The position numbers and the translations under genes are program-made. From contig JAQGDQ010000504.1 in NCBI GenBank assembly GCA_030141605.1, positions 96,832 through 160,831 on the forward strand: a stretch of 64,000 bases of DNA, in the 5' to 3' direction. This document shows, piece after piece, positions 52,301 to 61,900 of the stretch (positions within the stretch are counted from its first letter, which is position 1; every line of letters begins with the position of its first letter). Source of the DNA: Tubiluchus corallicola (Eukaryota > Animalia > Priapulida). The notes beneath the pieces were generated by a model. The model saw nothing but the letters and a program-made list of their open reading frames with translations, was not told the origin of the DNA and did not search any database.

Positions 52301-55300
52301 AATAATGCAAAAATGTTTATGTAAAAGCAAATAATCCGTTCTCAAGCACCAAATGAATTGTAAAGTATTACTAAAATGAAATATAATGATGCAAAAATGT
52401 TTATCTAAAAAGTAGATATGATATAATTGATAAGAAAATCATAATAAAATTACCTTGAAGAAAAACATAATTGTTCCTGCATGAAAAAGCGGCGAAAAAT
52501 AGCGGAGCTTTTTTAACTAGGTGACATTTCATGATTTCAGAGAAATCAATAAACCTGTAACAAGATTTCCTCGGGAACATTTTGCAACCTTTTTTAACAG
52601 CAAAACGCTTCACTGAATCGGGAAGCTTTTTTAACTAGGTGACTAGGTGAGGTACCACTTGGTACAAGCAATTACTAAGTCAATGACCTAGTTTGTGCAA
52701 AACAAGAAGCAGGAAAAACAGAAATCAATAACCTTATAACAAGATTTCCTCCTGAAAATTTTACAACGTCTCTATTTTAAGAAAGTTTTGCTATCGTATC
52801 TGACAAGAGGGTCTCGTAAGTGTTTCTCTTTCACTCTCCAAACAGTCGACTTATTTGTATTTCTAATCCGTAGCTTATTTCAGCCTGTAGTGAGATCTGT
52901 TTGAACGGCGGCGAGTGCAGCGTGTATGACTATGATTATGACTATGACTATGATGATGACACTGATTCGCTCTCTCTTGACACTGATGTTGTTTTTTTAC
53001 GTAAGAAGAGATCTCCTGCACTGACCGAGGTCGTCTGCTCCTGCCCGGACGGAATATTCGGATTGCATTGCGAAAAAGGTACCGCTGATATTGAAGGATT
53101 ATATTAGATAGATACACATCTCTTTTCTTTTATAATAGTAGTATTAACAACAGCAAAAAAAAACAGCAGCAGCAGCAGCGACAACAGCAGTAGCAGCAGC
53201 AGCAGCAACAGCGACAACAACTACAGTGACAACAGTAGCAGCAGCACCGACAACAACACCAACAGTAACAGCACCAGCAGCAGTGACAACAGTAACAGCA
53301 GCAGCAGCAGCGACAACAGCAGTAGCAGCAGCAACAGCAACAGCGACAACAACAACAGTGACAACAGTAGCAGCAGCAACAACAACAACAACAGTAATAG
53401 CAGCAGCAGCAGCAGCAGCAACAGCAGTGACAACAACAACAGTGATAGCAGCAGCAGCAACAGCAACAACAACAACAACAGTAATAGCAGCAGCAGCAGC
53501 AGTGACAACAACAACAGTGGCAACAACAGCAGCAGTGACAACAGCAACAGTAACAGCAGCAGTGACAACAACAACAGTCACAGCAGCAGCAGCGACAACA
53601 ACAACAGTGGCAACAACAGCAGCAGCAGCAGCAGCAACAACAACAGCAGTGACAACAACAGCAGCAGCAGCAGCGACAACAACAACAACAGCAGCATATC
53701 GACAATGAAAAGAAAAACCAAGATGACAAAAACAATTGCGGCAACAGCAACAGCAACATATCGACAATAAAACGAAAAACGAAGACGACAACAGTAGCAG
53801 CAGCAGCAACAACAACAGCAGCAGCAGCAGCCATGGCAACAGCAACAGCAACATAACACTTGCTTTTTGCGTTAGTTTTGTACTTATTATAGCAAGGGAT
53901 TTGAAAGTCCTGTACCCCCCCCCAATGTGACCACATGAGTTTAATGTCAAAATTAAGCACTGCGCTGTGGGCTATACTGTTTTTAAGTTCTTTAATAGGT
54001 GCACCCTTAAATAGGTGCAAGCTATTTAATTACTAATTAGCGTCAAGCAGTACCAGTTACGTCAAGGAAGCCAGTGTCAAGGAGAGTCAAACAGTGCCAA
54101 GTATGTCAAGGAAGCCAGCTGTCAAGGACAGTCAAACAGTGTCAAGTACGTCAAGGAAGCCAGTGTCAAGGAGAGTCAAACAGTGCCTAGTATGTCAAGG
54201 AAGCCAGTGTCAAGGAGAGTCAAGCAGTACCAGTTACGTCAAGGAAGCCAGTGTCAAGGAGAGTCAAACAGTGCCAAGTATGTCAAGGAAGCCAGTGTCA
54301 AGGAGAGTCAAACAGTGCCAAGTATGTCAAGGAAGCCAGTGTCAAGGAGAGTCAAACAGTGCCTAGTATGTCAAGGAAGCCAGTGTCAAGGAGAGTCAAA
54401 CAGTGCCAAGTATGTCAAGGAAGTGAGTGTCAAGGAGAGTCAAACAGTGCCAAGTATGTCAAGGAAGCCAGCTGTCAAGGACAGTCAAACAGTGTCAAGT
54501 ATGTCAAGGAAGCCAGCTGTCAAGGACAGTCAAACAGTGCCAAGTACGTCAAGGAAGCCAGCTGTCAAGGACAGTCAAACAGTGCCAAGTACGTCAAGGA
54601 AGCCAGCTGTCAAGGACAGTCAAACAGTGCCAAGTACGTCAAGGAAGCCAGCTGTCAAGGACAGTCAAACAGCTTTAAAGAAGCAAATGGCGAAATGCTT
54701 TTTAACGTGAGATTTTTCAAACTTCTTGGATGTCGTTGGCGTCTTTCCTTGACCCTCCTTGACCCTCTTTAACACTCCTTGACACGTCTGGATGTCAGTT
54801 AGTAAGCCCTGTTGTTTTATGGTAAGGTTTTTTGTTTTGTAGATTTTATCTTGCGTCTCGCATTCACAGTTAGGCAACAGCGCGGCCCGTTTTACTTGGC
54901 GTCATCATTGTTATCACGGTGTCTCTTCTTTCTACTAATATTTGATGTTACAGCTTGTGCTGAGATTTGCCACAATGGAGCCACGTGCGTGGGATCAGGT
55001 TTAGATACGACGTGTCAATGCGCTGAAGGATATGTGGGGCAGACGTGCGCTTACGGTATGAATTATTGCTACCCGGGGGCGTAGCTGATGGGAGGGGGGT
55101 TGCTGTTCCGGGCACATTTTTGAACATTGGCGCCTTTACAACAGCGGTGTCATTAGTTTGTTTTCATCAACCTGCCTCCTGTGTTTTTGAAATGGGCGTG
55201 CATTTACGTAACTCATTTGTCAAGGTTGATTGACTGATTGAACCCAGGATCAAATTGTCCCAAATCTAATTATTGTTATAATATATTCTTGTCACACAAT

Positions 55301-55826
55301 GGTCTAGTAGTAGGCCTACTGTCAATTATATACCGTATTTTCCCGTGTATAAGAGACCCTTGTGTATAAGAGACCCCTTCAATTTTTAGGCAAAAATTCT
55401 GGAAAAAAGTTTTTTCAGACGGACATTTTTAGAGGGTAAAGTACAACTTTTTTCAACTCAGTGCGGTACTGAAAACAAAATAAAACCAGTTAATGTGTTG
55501 TAGAAAAAGAGTACCGGTATATATTAAAGTGCGTACCTGCAAACCTGTAACAGGAAAAGAGAAAACGAGGAGATAATGCCTGTGTCACGATGCTTGTATT
55601 GCTTACAACCGCTTCATAGTCGAACGCGACACGCAAAACAGTTGTAGAGCACTTATTTCTTTAAAATCATTAGTGTCACAATTTATGCATCTTATTGAAA
55701 AGACTTACTCCCATGTATAAGAGACCCCCTATTTTTAAAGTGAAAATTCTGAGCAAAAAAGGGTCTCTTATACACGGGAAAATACGGTATTGCATAGGCA
55801 AGTTTCAGTGTCTTAATGTTTTATTG

Positions 55827-55915
<89 letters not shown>

Positions 55916-55929
55916 TATTATTATTATTA

Positions 55930-55962
<33 letters not shown>

Positions 55963-58622
55963 GATCATCATGATCATCATTATCATCATCATCATCATCA
56001 TCATCATTATTATTATCATTATTATTATTATATTTTTATTATTATTATTATTGTTATTACTATAATTTTTTTTATTTGTTATGCAAAATAATAATTATGT
56101 ACTTCCTTTAAAACTGTATCTTTCTCGTGTTTAAATTTTCAACACAAAATTAGCATGTATGATCAATGCATTAAAAATTGTTTGGATGTGTCATTACGCC
56201 TTTTTTATGTGCTTGTGCCCACTAATCTGGCTACGTCCCTGTTGCTACTAGTAAGTTTCGTAGACGAAGTACAGTATTCCGATCACTACAGTACTTAAGC
56301 AGTTAACTTGATAATCCGTCTGAAAGCTAAATACACTAGAATCATGTCACTAATATGTGTGCTTGCATATCAGAATTGTTCATAAGTCAGCAATTAAGTT
56401 TTTCTAGTTATTCACATATCCCGAATCTCCATTTCATGAGGATCATTTTGATACCAAGTTCATTGCTCTATGTTATTTCTAAGCTGAGATAAACTTAACC
56501 TTGAGAAAATCACTGTTAAAGTCAGCCATTGTTTTTGTCGCGTCTCTACAAAACACTTAGCAACCGCACACATGTTGGTTGCTACGGACTTTGCAAAAAC
56601 ACATTGAAGTTGTGTTTAAGTCCAGTAGATGGCTCTTCCTGACGAAGATCTGAGCTTAGCAACAGAAAAACCCGAAGCAAAATGGCTGCTATCAGAGTTT
56701 GAAAATACGAGTTTGTAGCCAGAAAAGTGGATTTGGGGTTATAAAATTAGATTTTTAGTATTTTTTGAACATTTTCTTGATTATTTGATACTAGAATATA
56801 AAATTGTTTATATTTAGTATTTTTTTATAAAAAAAACAACAAATTGACATTTGACCAAATTTTTGGTGCCTTCTACTTTGAAGCATCATATCGTAGTTCT
56901 AAGTATGCCGACATATGTGTGGTTTTCAAGTGCAAGCTCACATTTAATAATACACATATTATTGGAAGTACTTTTATATTGGTCTGGTCTGTAAACAGAA
57001 ATCATTGCTGAACTGTTTTAGTCCAGAAATGGATCAAAAAGTCACAAAGCAGGAGATGTAGCTCATTTAAAAAAATTACATGCGCTGGAATTGAACTCGA
57101 GTCTTCCGCAGATGAGCTAGCTTCGGTCGGCACATCTGTTGAGCTCCCGCTAAACACCTGTCAAGACCGGTAAGTCAACAGGTAAGTGACTGGTAGAAAG
57201 TTTACTGACTTGGTGACTGACTTATCACCGATTCAATTGCATTTCAGAGGATCCGTGTTATTTGACTCTGTGCCATAATGGAGGAACGTGCGAGTTGGAT
57301 ATTGTGGCGAGAGAAGACATTGAGACGATTCAGTATTCTTGTACATGCGCAGACCACTACACCGGACTGCACTGTGAATGTAAATAAAACTTAATTGAAT
57401 TATTTGAGTAGTATAGACTTTTTTCACTTGCTTAGATCTTTACATGGGATGACACTTTGAATGTAAATAAAACTTAATTGAATTATTTGAATAGTATAGG
57501 CTTTTTTGCACTTGCTTAGATCTTACTTGGGCTGCACTGTGAATGGAAATAAAACTTAATTGAATTATTTGAATAGTAGGCTTTTTGGCTCGTGCTTAGA
57601 TCTTACTTGGGCTGCACTGTGAATGGAAATAAAACTTAATTGAATTATTTGAATAGTATAGGCTTTTTTGCACTTGCTTAGATCTTACTTGGGCTGCACT
57701 GTGAATGGAAATAAAACTTAATTGAATTATTTGAATAGTATAGGCTTTATTTGCACTTGCTTAGATCTTTACATGGGACTGCACTGTGAATGTAAATAAA
57801 ACTTAATTGAATTAGTTAAGTATACCTACACTTGAGACTTAACCGTGGTTGTAAATAAAACTTACTTGAATTAACCGAGTAGTGCAAACTTTAAATTTAA
57901 ATGCATATTCTTAAATAATATTCAAAAAATATTTAAATAATATTCGAAAAATAAAATCGTCTTTGTGGCAAGACCAGAACTTTGCTCATTATGAAGAATA
58001 ATCTTTTAAGATGAGCCAGTGAACCAGCTGAGGTGTCTTAGTCGTGTTCGCGTGTAAATGCATCCTCTCTCCGGGAGGCAAATAACCAGAATCAGCACGA
58101 CGAATGAAACCGCACAGTGCGATTAATGAACGTGGTCACCCATTCAACTGTTGATGGATTTGTTTAAATTTCAGCTCTTGCACTTGCGAGCATTGATGCA
58201 CCGGAAAATTTTCTGCTGTATGACGGGTGGGCAAATATTTTCAAGGTAAGTCAAGTTACATTTTTTGCCAAAAAAGATATCTGCCGAAAAAGATTTCTGC
58301 TCTTGCTGCAGATTTTGGTTTGTCTGTCGACAACAACAAAAACATGACATTGTAAACACTGCAACAGATATTTCTGTTATTGGCATGTCCTACATAAAGT
58401 TATATAGCAAATTAAACAGGGATAAGGTGATAAGCTGATAGCTGAAACTGGCTGTACATTAAATTTAATTCATTTTATTTATAGTTTCCAAGAAGCGATG
58501 TGTCACTCTCATCAAGCATTTACGACTTGTGGACGTCCGCTTCATCCTTCAACAACAAGCAGGACGAAAGCATCCCCTTTAAATCACCGTTAGCGGAGGG
58601 AACGTGGGACGACGTTACTCGT
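46116..58622 (+). CDS. Secreted multi-EGF protein, 3'-incomplete; exons 46116-46130, 48374-48443, 49028-49135, 50674-50778, 51643-51750, 52884-53078, 54954-55055, 57248-57379, 58175-58245, 58485-58622
   Basis: Kozak gaccATGG start gives MASWT|DFKILDAILLFVIIAEVTYRTVKG, a signal-peptide-like leader. Six symmetric phase-1 exons each encode one 6-Cys EGF (e.g. CEFNCLNGGSC..CLC..TGLYCE, CTEVCLHGGTC..CTCAEGYYGLRCE). A phase 1-to-0 exon and a phase 0-0 exon follow (..YDGWANIFK|FPRSDVSLSSSIYDLWTS..). 348 codons stay open, ending at a gtaagt donor. Confidence 0.85.
47341..47903. mobile_element. Kolobok-like MITE, copy 2, with an internal inversion/duplication and a lost right TIR
   Basis: ttaa|AGGAAAACCAGACGATTGTTTAGAC; colinear with 44136-44676 except for 47714-47843. 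Confidence 0.8.
49887..50408. mobile_element. Possible Kolobok-like element carrying tandem GAGTGAACTC repeats (50120-50303)
   Basis: ttaa|AGGAAA...TTTCCT|ttaa, with internal ~19/22-nt alternating units. Confidence 0.5.
52065..52405. repeat. 84-bp tandem repeat, 4 units
   Basis: GTAAAAGCAAATAATC at ~52069, 52153, 52237 and 52321. Confidence 0.95.
53145..53853. repeat. Compound (CAG/CAA)n trinucleotide tract in an EGF-gene intron
   Basis: Three-periodic GCA/ACA/GTR triplets over ~700 nt. Confidence 0.93.
54042..54672. repeat. 44/45-bp tandem repeat, ~14 units, with inverted CCTTGAC motifs downstream (54748-54785)
   Basis: AGTATGTCAAGGAAGCCAG(C)TGTCAAGGA(G/C)AGTCAAACAGTGCCA repeated. Confidence 0.93.
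55074..56241. mobile_element. hAT-like element containing a nested MITE and an (ATT)n/(CAT)n tract
   Basis: Termini CGGGGGCGTAGC...GCTACGTCCCTG. 8-bp TSD ttgctacc/ttgctact (7 of 8 match). Confidence 0.78.
55333..55787. mobile_element. Young pogo/Tigger-like MITE
   Basis: Perfect 29-bp TIR CCGTATTTTCCCGTGTATAAGAGACCCTT, TA TSD, and internal TGTATAAGAGACCC repeats. Confidence 0.92.
57362..57870. repeat. ~80-84-bp tandem repeat, ~6 units, that copies the 3' end and donor site of EGF exon 6
   Basis: CTGCACTGTGAATG(T/G)AAATAAAACTTAATTGAATTA recurs; the first copy is the exon end itself. Confidence 0.9.
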
Positions 58623-58654
58623 GTAAGTGTTGCTGATTCTCATCTTAATTCATG

Positions 58655-58907
58655 CCATAGTCATCATCACAGTCATCATGTCATAGTCTTCATCACAGTC
58701 ATCATGTCATAGTCATCATCGCAGTCATTCTGCCATAGTCATCATCACAGTCATCTTGCTATAGTCTTCACCACAGTCATCATGTCATAGTCATCATCAC
58801 AGTCATCTTGTCATAGTCATCATCACAGTCATCATGTCATAATCTTCATCACAGTCATTCTGCCATAGTCATTACAGTCATCTTGTCATAGTCTTCATCA
58901 CAGTCAT
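58655..58907. repeat. 26-bp minisatellite (CATAGTCATCATCACAGTCATCATGT), ~10 units
   Basis: Direct inspection. Confidence 0.9.
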
Positions 58908-61900
58908 TGGTGAAAGCATTTTAAATTCTTATCAATATTTATTGGTGAAAGCATTTTGAATTCTTAAGAATTTCCATTGGTGAAAGCATTTTAAATTCTT
59001 AAGGATTTCCTTTGGTGAAAGCATTTTGAATTCTTATAAATATTTATTGGTGAAAGCATTTTGATTTCTTAAGAATTTCCATTGGTGAAAGCATTTTAAA
59101 TTGTTAAGAATTTCCATTGGTGAAAGCATTTTAAATTCTTAATAATTTCCATTGGTGAAAGCATTTTAAATTCTTAATAATTTCCATTGGTGAAAGCATT
59201 TTAAATTCTTAATAATTTCCATTGGTGAAAGCATTTTAAATTCTTAATAATTTCCATTGGTGAAAACATTTTAAATTGTTAAGAATTTCCATTGGTGAAA
59301 GCATTTTAAATTGTTAAGAATTTCCATTGGTGAAAGCATTTTAAATTCTTAATAATTTCCGTTGGTGAAAGCATTTTAAATTCTTAATAATTTCCATTGG
59401 TGAAAGCATTTTAAATTCTTAATAATTTCCATTGGTGAAAGCATTTTAAATTCTTAATAATTTCCATTGGTGAAAGCATTTTAAATTGTTAAGAATTTCC
59501 ACTGGTGAGAGCATTTTAAATTCTTAATAATTTCCATTGGTGAAAGCATTTTAAATTGTTAAGAATTTCCACTGGTGAGAGCATTTTAAATTCTTAATAA
59601 TTTCCATTGGTGAAAGCATTTTAAATTGTTAAGAATTTCCACTGGTGAAAGCATTTTAAATTCTTAAGAATTTCCATTGGTGAAAGCATTTTAAATTCTT
59701 AATAATTTCCATTGGTGAGAGCATTTTAAATTCTTAAGAATTTCCATTGGTGAAAGCATTTTAAATTGTTAAGAATTTCCACTGGTGAGAGCATTTTAAA
59801 TTCTTAAGAATTTCCATTGGTGAAAGCATTTTAAATTCTTAAGAATTTCCATTGGTGAAAGCATTTTAAATTCTTAAGAATTTCCACTGGTGAAAGCATT
59901 TTAAATTCTTAATAATTTCCATTGGTGAAAGCATTTTAAATTCTTAAGAATTTCCATTGGTGAGAGCATTTTAAATTCTTAATAATTTCCATTGGTGAAA
60001 GCATTTTAAATTCTTAATAATTTCCATTGGTGAGAGCATTTTAAATTCTTAAGAATTTCCATTGGTGAAAGCATTTTAAATTCTTAATAATTTCCATTGG
60101 TGAGAGCATTTTAAATTCTTAAGAATTTCCATTGGTGAAAGCATTTTAAATTGTTAAGAATTTCCACTGGTGAGAGCATTTTAAATTCTTAATAATTTCC
60201 ATTGGTGAAAGCATTTTAAATTCTTAAGAATTTCCATTGGTGAAAGCATTTTAAATTCTTAATAATTTCCATTGGTGAAAGCATTTTAAATTCTTAAGAA
60301 TTTCCATTGGTGAAAGCATTTTAAATTGTTAAGAATTTCCATTGGTGAGAGCATTTTAAATTGTTAAGAATTTCCACTGGTGAGAGCATTTTAAATTCTT
60401 AAGAATTTCCACTGGTGAAAGCATTTTAAATTCTTAATAATTTCCATTGGTGAAAGCATTTTAAATTCTTAATAATTTCCATTGGTGAAAGCATTTTAAA
60501 TTCTTAATAATTTCCATTGGTGAAAGCATTTTAAATTCTTAATAATTTCCATTGGTGAAAGCATTTTAAATTCTTAATAATTTCCATTGGTGAAAGCATT
60601 TTAAATTCTTAATAATTTCCATTGGTGAAAGCATTTTAAATTGTTAAGAATTTCCATTGGTGAAAGCATTTTAAATTCTTAATAATTTCCATTGGTGAAA
60701 GCATTTTAAATTTAAAATTTCCATTGGTGAAAGCATTTTAAATTCTTAATAATTTCATTGGTGAAAGCATTTTAAATTCTTAAGAATTCAGATTTTAAAT
60801 TCTTAAGAATTTCCATTGGTGAAAGCATTTTAAATTCTTAATAATTTCCATTGGTGAAAGCATTTAAATTCTTAAATTTCCATTGGTGAAAGCATTTTAA
60901 ATTGTTAAGAATTTCCACTGGTGAAGCATTTTAATTCTTAGAATTTCCATTGGTGAAAGCATTTTAAATTCTTAATAATTTCCATTGGTGAAAGCATTTT
61001 AAATTCTTAAGAATTTCCATTGGTGAAAGCATTTTAAATTCTTAAGAATTTCCACTGGTGAAAGCATTTTAAATTCTTAATAATTTCCATTGGTGAAAGC
61101 ATTTTAAATTCTTAAGAATTTCCATTGGTGAAAGCATTTTAAATTCTTAATAATTTCCATTGGTGAAAGCATTTTAAATTCTTAATAATTTCCATTGGTG
61201 AAAGCATTTTAAATTCTTAATAATTTCCATTGGTGAAAGCATTTTAAATTCTTAAGAATTTCCATTGGTGAAAGCATTTTAAATTCTTAAGAATTTCCAT
61301 TGGTGAAAGCATTTTAAATTGTTAAGAATTTCCACTGGTGAGAGCATTTTAAATTCTTAAGAATTTCCATTGGTGAAAGCATTTTAAATTCTTAAGAATT
61401 TCCATTGGTGAAGCATTTTAAATTCTTAAATTTCCATTGGTGAAAGCATTTAAATTTTAAATTTCCAAAGCATTTTAAATTCTTAAGAATTTCCATTGGT
61501 GAAAGCATTTTAAATTAGAATTTCCATTGGTGAAAGCATTTTAAATTCTTAATAATTTCCATTGGTGAGAGCATTTAAATTCTTAAGAATTTCCATTGGT
61601 GAAAGCATTTTAAATTCTTAATAATTTCCATTGGTGAAAGCATTTTAAATTCTTAAGAATTTCCATTGGTGAAAGCATTTTAAATTCTTAATAATTTCCA
61701 TTGGTGAAAGCATTTTAAATTCTTAAGAATTTCCATTGGTGAAAGCATTTTAAATTCTTAAGAATTTCCGTTGGTGAAAGCATTTTAAATTCTTAAGAAT
61801 TTCCGTTGGTGAAAGCATTTTAAATTCTTAATAATTTCCATTGGTGAGAGCATTTTAAATTCTTAAGAATTTCCATTGGTGAAAGCATTTTAAATTCTTA

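Noticed and set aside
53130-54020. Poly-Cys metallothionein- or keratin-associated-like ORF on the minus strand
   Set aside because: Antisense reading of the (CAG/CAA)n tract; all three minus-strand frames are open.
54094-54772. Repetitive ORFs with CQVCQG motifs resembling zinc-finger repeats
   Set aside because: Mixed 44- and 45-bp units shift the frame; this is an intronic minisatellite.
57022-57169. Candidate extra exon of the EGF gene (ttttag|...cg|gtaagt)
   Set aside because: The only open frame leaves in phase 2, incompatible with the phase-1 EGF6 exon. It also contains a reverse B-box-like GTTCAATTCC suggesting a SINE remnant.
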